From: Ylistrum balloti | Taxonomy: Eukaryota | DNA length: 64,000 nucleotides | Assembly: GCF_031769215.1 (NCBI RefSeq) | Contig: NW_026781868.1 | Coordinates: forward strand, 62,001 to 126,000 | Direction: 5' to 3' | Part shown: positions 37,801-51,618 of the stretch, one piece after another | Position numbering within the stretch: the first letter of the stretch is position 1 | Layout: each line of letters starts with the position of its first letter | Translations under genes and position numbers: made by a program | Notes under the pieces: generated by a model | The model's database searches: none | What the model was told of the DNA's origin: nothing | What the model saw: only the letters and a program-made list of their open reading frames with translations

Positions 37801-40800
37801 TGATTGAACCAATAAATACTTGTCAATCACCATACACTACCGTAATACTATATAAATACGGATATCAAATGACTACCAGCTCAACTCCCTTGTGTGGTAT
37901 ATAATGATCAAATGGAATTCCTGACGGAAATTAAAACCTTGGGTGTCTAAAGAACCACACAGTTATTTACAATGCAGTCCTCGATATCGTTATTTACGTA
38001 TCCAGTGTACGTTTTGATTACGGTAGATGTCATGAAATTGCGACCGGCAGAAATTGCAAAGATTTCGTGTTAAAACCTCTCATATATTTTCATTTATTCA
38101 GATTTTTTTCATTGCTGTTTTAATTAGTTGAGCTGCAACTATTCTAATGTGATAGTACATCATATTTCTACTGAGCTTAAGTGAGGTTGTGAACCCTAAA
38201 TCCTCGTTACTGTAATGCCGCTAGTTTCCCCATACTTTAATGTGTAAACACATGATTTCTCCGGCCCTAGAGCTAGCCGTTTGAAATTGTGTACATGATT
38301 GAAGTCTATAATTATGAATATTTACTGGCAATATAATTCTACCACCGTCTCATTCCCTGTTGGGCGTTTTGTCTGGTGTCCACGTATTCAGACGTGTGTG
38401 GAGGTTAAACATTTCGACGTTTACTTGATAAAGTATGATTTGATGAAACCACACCAGATAAAGAATCTTGTTTTAGTAATGCACTGTAATGAAATAAACA
38501 ACAGTGGAGTTTGTTGTCTTATTTCGCCCTACTGTGAACAAATTATTGTAAATTTTTTCATGTTTGATTTTCTACAAACAGGACAGATATTTTTTCATCG
38601 TGTCGTTATCATAACAGTGGAAACTATTTGTTGATATTACACTGCGTGCTAACTTCCAAAATAAATGTAACTATCACTTATCCTTTTAAATCAGCCAATA
38701 TTGGTAATAAATGACAGAAAATAAATTGACATACATGTATTAAGAAAATTTCTTTGACATTCGTCGTCGTATTTTGTTGTCTAGGCCGATGTCCTCACAA
38801 GGATTCGCAGCATCACATGACCTGAGCGGCCCTATCGGAGCCACTACTTACCACAATGATTTCAGTAGTGCACCTCAGCGTCCTGCTTCCCCAGTCAGGA
38901 GCGGCACCGCTTCCGGTTCGCGTAACAATAAACCACACCCACTTCAGGTAAGTGGACTCACTTCCGATTCAGATGTGGTGTTATTGTGAATGAATTCTGG
39001 TGCATTGATTTGTATAAGTACATGCTTCCTGTCAATATCAGGAAAATGGTCAAACAAAATAAGAACAGTCAAGTACATGCGTACAAAGTGTAACGTATCT
39101 ACTGCAGCAAGACGATTAGAGTTCCCTCCCTTCGAATGCACATGTATACTCGTATGTTTTAAATATTATTCAGTTATTGCCAAGAACTGTGTTGATTATA
39201 AATAATTTTAACTAGTATCTGTTATGTTAATCCACTCGAAGGTACAGAGGAATATAATGATTGAATCATGTTCAATGAATTAACATTTTTTTGCTGAAAT
39301 ACTCAGCGAATGGACAACTTCATCAAAAGCGAAGCCGTTATCATGCATACGAGCCCCTTGGTATAACTCATAATCAAAATAAATTCCATGTCTAATTTCA
39401 AAGTATACTTCATTACGCCTGCCGAGCGTTCTTAGGATATTTCAGTTAATGATATTTCTTTACTAGCACTAAAATGAACTTTAATGACTGTTAAAATTGT
39501 TCGTTAACATGGTTTCAGACCAACAGCCTCAATCACTGAGATTGAAAAGTCGTATAATATATATCGGGAATGTTATCTAATGAGTCTTGATTGTAGACAC
39601 CTTGTCAAAGCGTCAAAATAATGTAACATCATACCGGAATATCGTACCTTTTATTTCCAGTCCTTCATGGTGTGGAAGTTCCCGTCGAAGGCACGGGCAG
39701 AGCAAAAGGAAAGTCCGTGGTCTGAAGAACTAACGGACGATATGATCAAACAGGTTCACAAGCGCCTGTGTCAGTCTACATACCAAAGTGACTTTCTCGG
39801 TATACCTCAAGGTAAGAACACATTCCTTAAATAGATCAGCGCTACCTCAAGGTAAGAACACCTTCCTTAAATAGATCAGAGCTACCTCAAGGCAGGAACA
39901 CCTTCCTTATATATATCAGAGCTACCTCAAGGTAAGAACACCTTCCTAATATAGATCAGAGCTACCTCAAGGCAGGAACACCTTACCTTATATATATCAG
40001 AACTACCTCAAGGTAAGAACACCTTCCTTATATATATCAGAGCTACCTCAAGGTAAGAACACCTTCCTTATATAGATCAGAACTACCTCAAGGCAGGAAC
40101 ACCTTCCTTATATAGATCAGAGCTACCTCAAGGTAAGAACACCTTCCTTATATATATCAGAACTACCTCAAGGCAGGAACACCTTCCTTATATATATCAG
40201 AACTACCTCAAGGCCGGAACACCTTCCTTATATATATCAGAGCTACCTCAAGGTAAGAACACCTTCCTTATATATATCAGAACTACCTCAAGGCCGGAAC
40301 ACCTTCCTTATATATATCAGAGCTACCTCAAGGTAAGAACACCTTCCTAATATAGATCAGAGCTACCTCAAGGCCGGAACACCTTCATTATATATATCAG
40401 AACTACCTCAAGGTAAGAACACCTTCCTTATATATATCAGAGCTACCTCAAGGTAAGAACACCTTCCTTATATATCAGAACTACCTCAAGGCCGGAACAC
40501 CTTCCTTATATAGATCAGAGCTACCTCAAGGCCGGAACACCTTCATTATATATATCAGAACTACCTCAAGGCCGGAACACCTTCATTATATATATCAGAA
40601 CTACCTCAAGGTAAGAACACCTTCCTAATATAGATCAGAGCTACCTCAAGGTAAGAACACCTTCCTTATATATATCAGAACTACCTCAAGGCAGGAACAC
40701 CTTCCCTTATATAGCTCAGAGCTACCTCAACGTAAGAACACCTTCCTTATATATATCAGAGCTACCTCAAGGCAGGAACACTTCCCTTATATAGATCAGA

Positions 40801-43446
40801 GCTACCTCAACGTAAGAACACTTCCCTCATATAGATCAGAACTTCCTCAAAGTAAGAACACCTCACTTATACGACAGAACTGCTTCAAAGTAAAACTACT
40901 ATCATTCTCTAGACCGGAAATACCACATGGTAAGTATGTTTATCAGGATAGATTCGCCGTTCCGCTTGTTTTGGTAAAAGTCAAGACGAACTCATTTTAC
41001 CTCTAGTTAGGAATAAATTCACAACAATCATGTCCATCATTACCAGCCACGTATTATTGTTGGCAGCCATTTGTATATATGTATACTCTACACTATCTTG
41101 TTTACTGAGAATAAAACAGTTGTTATCGTCATTAAATGACACCCCCCACCCACCCCCAAGAAAAATGACTTTGTGAGACAGAGGTAACCAAGTGCAATGT
41201 TTATGTTTGAACTTCTCGGAAGAATGTTGATGTGATGAAAACAAACGCTAAACAGATGTTATAGGAGCTATCACATAGTTTGTCATCACATCGTCTTTCA
41301 TTTCGTGAAAGCAGCTTCCATTGCATATGTCATAGAATACTTGGTATAAAAGCCCTAATCTACAGCTCGATGTTTAGCAATTCTCGTCTAATTCAACTTT
41401 CAACAACACAGGTTTTTGATCAACATCATGGACGAGATAAGCGTAACTTCTGTCAACATTCCCAGGAGAAGAATGTGTATTTGTCAAGGATTTATTTTGA
41501 CATCCGTTCAATAAATTTGGTTGATTTACAGGTTTCCAAGTGAAAAGTGCATACAATCTACCTCCCGATTGGAAGGCGAACATTCCGTACACACTAGACT
41601 CTGTGGCCCGATATTCCTTCCAAACCCCATCCCAGCAAGATGAACTGAAACTCCCAGCCTCGCGCTATGGTAGCAACAAGAAAAAACAATTTGTCGCTTC
41701 CGGTACAAGTAAGTCCTTCCGCCGTATAATCAATGCACGCAACAAACTGGCAAGTTGAGCTAGACCAACAGAAATACTGTCTTTGCTCTGTTTACAAATT
41801 ACAAAATACATTTTACAAAGATTTGTGAATAGAAGTAAACGTATAAGTTATTTAATGTTTATACTTCAAATTCGGTTGTTTGAGTTAGTTTATAAAATGG
41901 AAAAAAAACTAATTGCGCTTTATTAAAGTGGAAAACGGGAAAATATTAATTAATTTCTTCCATTATGTTACAGTACCCACAGCATCATCTAGGTACATGC
42001 ACATCAAACAGAGAACAACATACGATCGGCATTACAACGACAACTCGCCAGCTGTCGTTACCCAAATTAAGGATACCGGAAAGAAATTAGGGACCGAGGC
42101 CCTTCGGAAACACATGGAGAAAACAGAAGGAGAAGGTAAGAACTCTTCTGTAATAGAGGGGAAAAGTACACACTGCGTCATCATGCGTTTTGTTTTGTGC
42201 TATATATCAGCCTTTGGTTTGAAAAACAAGCGTTTTGGAAACCCATATGTTTGGCAAGTTTGATCCGATTTGTTTGCACATGTCACATGATCACTATTTA
42301 CAATTGCCATGGTTACAGTGGTAAGTATATTCACAACATCTTCAGTCGCATTAACGCTTGTCTTCTGACTGTTCTCATGCTTTTACCACAAAAGATGTTT
42401 GGTCAATTTTCTTATCTCACCTACATGTATATCATTAATTCACATTGTTATACATACAAGACTTTTCTGGTTTTTTTAGTTGATTTTATTTCATTTTATA
42501 AAATTAACCTGATATGCACGATTGTTGTTGTTTTGATATTCACATGTTTGTTTTGTAATGTTTTAAGATATGTTCGTATATATTGTCTTGACAAGATCAA
42601 TACATCTCATTGTAATGATTCTTAAAACACTTTAATTGTTATATCACATCTAACTATTCATGTTATGCTTGTGGTACGATTCTCCTAAAACACATATACC
42701 GATTTGTTATTTCGCAGTGTTCTACCAACTTGTTGATGGAAGGAACCGGTTGTCACAAACTATAATAAAATTATATTAACGTTTACTGATAACTTGTGAA
42801 AAATGTACAAAAACAAAAACCAAATAATGATGATAAAATAAAGCAGACAGTCGAAGATTGTCTCGTCAAAATTTATTTGAACATGAAGGCTATTTCGAAG
42901 CATGCCACACTCTGAAAATACAGTTTTGTGACTTCCGGTATTTTGTCGTTTACATTACTTCCGGTTTATGCCATATTCTGTTTGTGTTGTGTGGTTTGCC
43001 TGTTATGCAGTGTTTGTGAGTGTCGTTTACACGGTGCTTCGATTTTCTGATCTGTTGCAGAGAAAGACTTGGTCGGGAAGATGTTAGAGGCCTACGAAAT
43101 GGGCGGTTATGAGCCAATGGGCGGAGTACCTAACGTACAGCCACCACCACCCCGCCCTAATTCACGCGCCTCTGTCAATTCCAAACGTTCTTACAAACCT
43201 CCAAGTACACCTATTTCGAACTTTAGCGCCAATTCCTCGGGTGTGCATCCTTTCCGAATGGGTCGTACACCGACCCCGAGCCATCGGTCGCCCAGCACGC
43301 CCTCGTGTGGTAGGCCTGACAGCGGGTATCAAAACAGATTGGGAATGCATATACCGCCCACTCCAATCTCTCTACCAATGAAAGGATCCAGAACGCCATC
43401 CACGCCCATATCTGTTCCTTATACTCCGCCCATGTTTCTGTCCTAG
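34829..43446 (+). CDS. TEX26: Testis-expressed protein 26-like (TEX26-like), 8 coding exons, 460 aa, with a Pro/Ser-rich C-terminal extension
   Basis: GT-AG exons 34829-34915, 35037-35220, 36361-36433, 38785-38947, 39661-39811, 41532-41708, 41974-42135 and 43061-43446 total 1383 nt and form one open frame. Sequence YQTTYTKDY...TTYHNDF...RSGTASGSRNNKPHPLQSFMVWKFP...PW...STYQSDF...PPDWKANIP...SRYG...QRTTYDRHY resembles TEX26 as I recall it. Confidence 0.82.
39803..40870 (+). repeat. 40-bp minisatellite, 27 copies, starting in exon 5 of the TEX26-like gene and containing its splice donor
   Basis: Unit TACCTCAAG|G(TAA/CAG/CCG)GAACACCTTCCTTATATA(T/G)ATCAGA(G/A)C. Counts: 12 units AG|GTAAG, 6 GCAGG, 6 GCCGG, 3 (C/A)GTAAG. 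Confidence 0.97.
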
Positions 43447-44575
43447 TTGTTGATTCGTCGCTAGTTCTGTCATAACAAACACATACGAATTAAAATATTG
43501 TCGTTGATTTTCTGAAATCCACTGCCCAGCTTTGTTCATCATTTACTGGAATTAATACAGAAATTATGTCCGCATTATAGAGAATAATGCCATACGTTTC
43601 AGAATGTTTCTTCTGTCATAAAAAATATATATTTTATTATTTTCTAACTGTGATAAAATTATTACCTGATGCCCTGAGAGCGGAAATCAACATGAAGATT
43701 ATTGAACGTTATAGCATACGGGAAAAAATAGGATTGACAAAATGTTGGAGGGATGCTAAACTAAACTGAACAATTTGAAAAATATGTCAATATTTTGGCT
43801 AAAACGTAAAGATTGATAACACTAAATATATTGGTTTATTTAGACGTACAATAGTTTATTTGATAGACAGGCCTATTGAACAGTGCCTTTTTGGTCGTAG
43901 TGAATCTGTTAAGTGCTAGATACACGTGACTTACGTTGCTTCAGTGTGCTATAAATAGAATTATACTCTCTAAACCGTGCTGTGTGTTTGCCAGAACGAT
44001 TATGACGTCACGTTTAGAGGACTGGCCTGTCTTGCACTTATTGTTGTCAATGGTTACATTTCAACAATACATAGGTAGGGATGTTGAAAATTGATTTGCT
44101 CATAATTGTTATTTTACATTAGAACCGATATCTTGTTATGTAACGTGACTTCATTTGTCGTTTGTTTTCAAAGCAATCTGTGATTTTTTTTTCACTTTTT
44201 ATCTTGGCACACTCTGAAGCACATGATTGATACCTTACCGCACATTTTAAACTGCCAAACATAATCTAAGTGTCCGATATTGTCAGTGTTTACAGTTATC
44301 GATTCGAAAGCCAACACCGCTTCCCTATTTTATGTTTGTACTTCAGTATTAACACATTCAGTGATATTTCTGTTCAGTCTGGATGTGTTTCGGTGTATTA
44401 CCGAAGTCATTTATAGACGTTAAACGTCAATGTTTTCCAAGAAAAGTTGTGATATGGGACGTAACTGTTGTTAATCCAAGTTGCTTGAGTTATCTCCCTT
44501 TTGACAAAATAGTAACTAAGAAAGGCCCAATGATCAATTGTAGTTGTAGTGTTATTTTTATGAACTTATTTTCAG

Positions 44576-44742
44576 ATGCACAAAATATAAGCAACAGTTG
44601 CACTAACATGGAGTTTAATCGTCCTGTGTTACGAATGCAACAACGGCCCACCACATCTATGTTCCCGCGGCTTTCAATGACCCACGGAGCCGTGCCGATG
44701 TTGGACAGGGCCACTGATTGGCCGGGACCAGTGCACTCGTGA
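44576..44742 (+). CDS. Candidate alternative terminal coding exon of the TEX26-like gene
   Basis: Acceptor TTATTTTCAG; phase-1 frame DAQNISNSCTNMEFNRPVLRMQQRPTTSMFPRLSMTHGAVPMLDRATDWPGPVHS*; GC content higher than flanks. Compatible with the exon 7 donor (42135) or an internal donor at 43309. Confidence 0.5.
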
Positions 44743-47700
44743 TTGCTGTCCTTATCACGTGATATTACACAGTTGATCAAAGATGCCTAGAACACTTGTC
44801 ATTTCTCAACATTCTGGAATAGTCTGTGATATGGTACGCCTAAGTTGACATAAAATCTCTCTCTTCAGGATTTCCCTTCAACGTAATGATTATTTAACCA
44901 AATTACACTTGTTTCCCATTCCAAATTGTTAAATGTTCATTTTTGTTTTCATTTTTATGTTTTTTGTGCGGTTGCCAATGAATCTCAAATCACATTTCAT
45001 GGAAACTTGAAAGTTTAGAAGCGAAATTAAATCCTGTTTCGACTTCTGGAACAAGGAAGGCTCATATGTAGTATTTTTCTGTTCTGACAGGAATGATTTA
45101 AATTTTATTGTAGACTTTGATTGTAATAATTTACAAAGACCATTAATGAGTACTTATATCTTATTGTTGAATTACCGTTTTTACCGAGGAGAAAAAATGT
45201 TCTTCACTACTTTTTTTTTGTTGTTGTTCACGGACGTCATAAAAGTTTTGTATAGCTCTAGTCATCTTATTAACAAGGAAATATATTTTTCTACATTATG
45301 AAAATTGTGGATTTTAGGAGAGTATTGATATATTATTGCTGACCAGTATATATATATACCCTTAGTATTATTTAGGCACAGGGTCAATGCTAGACATTTG
45401 TATTCTAACTTCACTTCTTGTTTACTATGAATATGCTATGAATGATAAATTAGGACGCTTTTTTATTTTTAATATTAGAGGAATATCCACTATCTATTAA
45501 GATGTAACATATATTTAATCATGCAGGAATACCATACAAATTTTATGTTTTCGAATACGATTTAATCATAGTAATCTATAACACTTTTGGCTCTATAACA
45601 GACATCATGTATCATTTCAATTTATATCAACCGACACGGAAATACGTTAACTGCTCAATTTACAAAATCATTTTAATATTAACCGAGAGGGCTAGCCTAT
45701 CAGCCAGTTCCATCAATAGATTAATATACGGCATTAGCTTGAGTTAGAATTACGTATTCAAACTGTCACCCCATACCCGGCCTATTTCTGCTTCTGGGAA
45801 ATTTTTTGTTAAACAGCTGCTTCCGCTTTATTATAATTTACAAAACCAGGCCGATAAAAATATATGACAGGTATATAGTTCTAGTTATGTATGTATTTAT
45901 ATGTCTGTTATATATATATATATATACATGGTTTGTTATGAAATCGGAGATATCTGTTTATAGTGATGGCCAACGTCATGTGGAAAGTTGTATCGATAAT
46001 ACACAGGTCCGGTTTCTTTTTGTATCGAGACGAGCTCGGGTGTCTATCCTTGATCTAGTAACACTGAATTAAAGATAAGTATTAGCAAAGAGAGAACATG
46101 GATGTTATACATGCTTGTAAAACGTCATGTTACAGTCATTTCTTTTCTTTATTTTTTCTTACTTAAATCTAAAAGGCCCGAGTTTCCGAGTTTCTATTTT
46201 TGTGAATACATAAAACATTTGTCTCATTTGTCTGAAATCTACAAAGTTGTCCGTATTTCCATGAAATTATTCTTGATATAAATTTAATTGAATTGAATAA
46301 TGAAATTGAAATAAATTAATAGAAGCCCTAGATTTACTTAGACATAATTATTGTAGTCAAGGATCATTAAGGTCTCAAAATGTATCAGTATTAGGCCGTC
46401 GAATTAAACATTTTACCAAAAATCCTCGATCGATGTTTCTTGTTTTGTAATAGGACTATCAAACACGCTTTACTGAATTCGTTTACATTATGTATTAGGG
46501 ACAAGGTGATACGCTGGTCAGTGTAGGTCAGTGTGTGGTCAGTGTTTGGTTAGTGTGCGGACGACATGATTACATGATCAATAATTCTACACATCTTTCA
46601 TAGAATTCTTAAACTAACATATTTTAATTATCATTTTTCGTTCTACTTTAAGTTTAATGTGTTTTATTCATGGTTACGGTCACATCCGATTTTATATCTC
46701 TTTAAACCCTATGTGATTATATCTGATAAGAAACATTGTTTCCTGAAGGGAGATAATTGGATTATCTCCCTAGGATTATCGCCCCTTATTTCGATAAAAT
46801 AAAGTGTATACCGTAAAACCACACGGTATTACGTTTTGCTGATGAAATTATGTCATATGATTTTGCACACAAATATACATCATGATGAAAATTTCTGTTA
46901 AATTACATAATTTGGATGTAGCTCTATTTTCCTGATAAATATGGCTGAAAATGAATAAAGATGAAACGTCATTGTGATAAATGTCAGTTATTTTGGATAA
47001 CTTTATTCAGTTCTTTAAAAAAAAACCATAAACGATAGATAATAAAACAACATGAAGATAAAATTGACATATTCTTATTAGTTACCATATGTTTAAACTT
47101 GTTATTCGTGACAATTTCGCGAAGTATGTGTGAATTGGTATTATGGGGACATCATGGATGTTATTCTTTCTTTTTCTTTCTCAGAAAGATTTTTTGTTAC
47201 ACGTTTCAGTTATATTGTTTATGGGAGAAGTGATAGATTTGTACGCAACATTTTAATTTGCTATTGAATTGCACTGAGAATAAACAATATAAAACAGACA
47301 TATTTGCTTCCTGTGTTTTGTTGGTGCTAATGACGAATTAATCGGCGTGGTGCATGAATGAAGGGGAGTAACTCTGATGAAGTTAACCCAACACCATAGC
47401 TATAACAACGTCAAATTTGGTCGATTTTATCAACTGATCTATTTACCGATCTGTTTATTTCGTTTTTTATATTCTACATAAAAAGCAGTTGTTGAAACAA
47501 TGAAAATCTTACGATGAAAATGTTTTTCTAGTGTTTCTCAGAAGTAATTTCGGGATTTTCTTGATATAGTTTTCTTTATTTTTCGACTCCGTGAAACTAT
47601 GAAAGGTTGTTTCTGTGTGACTTTTCAGTTCAGTCGAAAAATTGCATGGTTTTCACGGTCCTAACTTGTGGAGGTTTATATTTCTCGAGGAGAAAAGACT

Positions 47701-48545
47701 ATAGACCATCCTGTGTTTTACTGATTTGTTCTTTGACTGAACACTTAACTCTAGTTGTTCTGGAAGACACATGCCGGACCTCCCTTATGTAGTTCGGTGA
47801 AGTTGGCACCAACTTCTACCAGAAAACCCGGCCTAGAAATAATATAGTTGTTCAAAAGATGATAAAACTCGACAAACCAAAATCCTTCGTGTATATGGAA
47901 TTCAAGCACTTTCAGGTATAAAAATCTTCAGCGGCTTTCTCGTTAACTAAACAATACTGGCTACAAAGAACATCGCCTAAAAGTGATCTGATAATCAACT
48001 GTGTAATCCTTCAATTAGATAAACTCATTTTCAATACCTCAAATCTGTTAGTTGTCTTATTAACGAGGTAGATAATATGGCTTTAACTTAGAGACCTACA
48101 TATCTGTTTTAATATATCTCTTGTGGTAATGTATACATTTACTTTAGAATTGTAAGTTTAAAATTGAAAAAAAAACATATGTAGGAAAATCCTTAAATTA
48201 TTTTGATACAATAATTGACGGTCGCGGTCAGCTTCATGTCAGGAGTCGTATGACAGAGAGAGGTCACCTTAGGTGTTAGAGGTCAAGAAAAGAACCATAT
48301 GTTATAGGTCACTTGCAGAGTTAGAGGTCAAGTAAAGAACGATTAGCTTATATGTCACATTTAGTACTGAAAGTCAGGTAATAAGAAATATTTCATCGGG
48401 CACATGTAGAGCTGGAGACAAAGTAAAAAGCAATTATGTCACAGGTCACATTTGAAGGTAGAAAAGGGCTAATATCAAATATCACAGGTCACAGGTCTCA
48501 TGTAGAGATATCAGAGGTCAGATGGAGAGATGGAGGTAAATGTAT

Positions 48546-48835
48546 AAAGGTGTGTCACAGATCAGGAGTACAGGTAAAGGTCAAGTAGAAAGGTGTGTCA
48601 CAGATCAGGAGTACAGGTGGAGGTCAAGTAGAAAGGTGTGTCAAAGATCAGGAGTACAGGTGGAGGTCAAGTAGAAAGGTGTGTCAAAGATCAGGAGTAC
48701 AGGTGGAGGTCAAGTAGAAAGGTGTGTCAAAGATCAGGAGTACAGGTGGAGGTCAAGTAGAAAGGTGTGTCACAGATCACAGAGTGCAGGTGGAGGTCAA
48801 GTAGAAAGGTGTGTCACAGATCACAGAGTACAGGT
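48546..48835. repeat. 43-bp minisatellite, about 6.7 copies, with a decayed GGTCA-rich flank from about 48220
   Basis: Unit AAAGGTGTGTCA(C/A)AGATCAGGAGTACAGGTGGAGGTCAAGTAG. Confidence 0.95.
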
Positions 48836-51356
48836 ATAGGTAAAACAGAGATTTCACAGATTACATGAAGTACTAATTTCAAGTAAAGAGTGAGATAGTA
48901 CAGTCACATATACAGACACTTAAACTGTACTTAGTATTGATTTGTTATATACATACTGTTGCTGTGCACTATATATGTGTACCATGAATTATATTTGGTA
49001 TTAGCATTGATCTAATTGTTGTTGCAATAGACACTATGTATATCAACTTCGACTGGATAATGACAAATTGGTCACGGATCTGAAAATATCCAAAATTATT
49101 CCAGATGACACTCATAATGCATGTGAATGTATGTCCAATTTGAAAAAATACAAAATTATACAATAATGTCTGTGATAACTTAAGATATCACTCATCCTAT
49201 ACCAGCCAAAAGTTCCATAACTATATCCTGAGTTATCGTAGAATCATAGAGTTATTTCCCTTGTGGATTAACTGAGTAAGAACTTCTGTGCGTTGAAATA
49301 GACTATATTCCTATGATATCTTACCAGACGTACGGTGACCCCGAGTGTAACCACACACAGCTGCCACAGAGATCAGAAGCATTAACAAAACTATGAAACA
49401 GACTATAGTGGGGTCTGCAGCAGGTAGAATTACTGCAACCTCCTTATAAGTAAATAGGTGACGTCATTGCAAGACGAACTTTCTGTTTTTCCAGTATGGC
49501 GGACTGCTACAGTTAGCCGAACATTCACTTCTGGATTATCTAAGTCTGTTTTTTGTTCGCCAGAATCTAATGTTTCTTATCAATCGGGTTGTGTTAAAGT
49601 TTACTTGCCAGCATCGGTTAAAGTTATTTGAGTTTCTCTTTTGAAAGTTTTACATATTTTTCAAACATTATGGATACCGGGACATAGGGAAATGCTATCT
49701 AGGAAGGAAAACATACATCCGTCTCGTGCGTCGCAAGAACAAGCACGAGGTGTACTGACCACTGGACGTGGCATCAAAGGGAGGCTGTGTGGACCTGTGA
49801 TGACGTCGGGCGACCTCACGCGACCAGCACGTGTATGACATCATTTGTTATGGTCGCTAGGCACACCAGAGTTTTAGCGGCAGAATGGTTTTCATTGGAT
49901 ACTACACTTAACACAACTATAGTGATATGTGGGTCTAAGACATGGACTTCCTCAGCGTTTTTGTTCGTTTTCTTTGTCTACAAATGTGTGTGTGATGAAA
50001 AATACCAGAGCTGGCCTCGATGGGACAGAAGCGACCCCGGCCCTTTGAGGAAAGTAAGTATGCGCCCCTCCACACATTACAAGTGTTGTTGTTTAGGGAA
50101 CGCGTACTCACTCGTTTGATCTAGCTCGCGTGTGCGATACCATATGATAGGGCTGCTGGCGAGCTGTGTAAAGCACGTTCCTGTACCCTTCCCGGTGGAA
50201 TGCGTTACAAGTGCTTTCATATTTCTTTCCGTTTACGATAAAGAGTAGTCTAGATATCTATACTTTTGAACTAGAGTAGAATTTCTCTAGTTAAAATGGA
50301 CCAGCTTATCTACTTTCAAGAAATCTAAACCTAATTTCTCATTCACCGACCGTGAAGGGTACGGATCAGGGATAATTATAGTTACCTTGGAAAAACATGG
50401 TATTTTTTCAGAATAAATTCAAACTCTCTTGATTCTTTATATGTTTACTGTACGTTTTTGCTTACTTCTATGTGTATAACTTTGTTATTATATCGTTACT
50501 ATCGCAACAGGGTATTCTCTACCAGGTTTTAGTACCTCAGACAAGCTGACATTGTTTACTCGAGTGAACAATAAGTCTATAATTTTTTAATCAGTCTTCA
50601 AACGTTGATAAACAGCAATCATAACATTACAAATAGTTCTACAGAATCATGACTAACGTGTTATCCTGGACACAGTCTTTTGTCACTTCTGTACAACATG
50701 AAGCGAGGACGCCTGGCCGGATGGCATGTTCACCCAAGGATTGGCACAGTCGTAAGTTATGCCATGACATCTGACAGTGAAGAGTATAACTTGAACATTC
50801 ACAAACATCAGGAATGTGGACCATCACGCCTTCGTCACATCACCAGTGCAACCTTTTGCTCACATATTTTATGATATCGCGATAAAGGACGCAGTTGGTT
50901 CCAATCCACATGACGGGACAATGACCTACGCATACACGAGGGGCAATGTTGTCTTTGTTACATGAAAATAGCATTTTATTATAAATTGAATTTTGAAATT
51001 CAAAATGAAAATGGTATGATCATTTATTTATCTTGTTCCGAACGACCATGGTGCAATATCTTGTTCACGTGAACATGCCCTGTCAACTTCCTCAAAATAC
51101 TACAAATATTTGTACAACACAGGCAAACAAACTGCGCGAATAGTAACGCAAAGTCAACTACTCTCGTCATACGAAACGATTTAACAAGTTGGAAATACTG
51201 GAAAAAATTAGAGATTTAAAAATTTGAAATTTTTCTCAGAGTGAATTTTCGTTGGTCATAGGTATATCATGATAAATTGCATTTGTGATAGATACACAGT
51301 CATGGGTAAGTTTTAATATGTAATACCCAAATGCAAGTTATGACCAGTGGGCTGGA

Positions 51357-51618
51357 TGTGCCCATAGACCTATTCCCCGTCTTGAACACACGACTATGCC
51401 CATAGAACTATTCCTCGTCTTTAACACACGACTATGCCCACAGACCTATTCCTCGTCTTGAACACTCGGACTATGCCCATAGACCTATTCCCCGTCTTGA
51501 ACACACGACTATGCCCATAGACCTATTCCTCGTCTTGAACACACGACTATGCCCATAGACCTATTCCTCGTCTTGAACACACGACTATGTCCATAGACCT
51601 ATTCCTCGTCTTGAACAC
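51357..51618. repeat. 38-bp minisatellite, 7 copies
   Basis: Unit GCCCATAGACCTATTCCTCGTCTTGAACACACGACTAT. Confidence 0.95.

Noticed and set aside
8733-42830. RSS-like signals: CACAGTG/CACTGTG at about 8733, 12850, 17798, 25750 and 29621; ACAAAAACC at about 42813
   Set aside because: No heptamer has a nonamer at 12 or 23 bp spacing, and the counts are compatible with chance.
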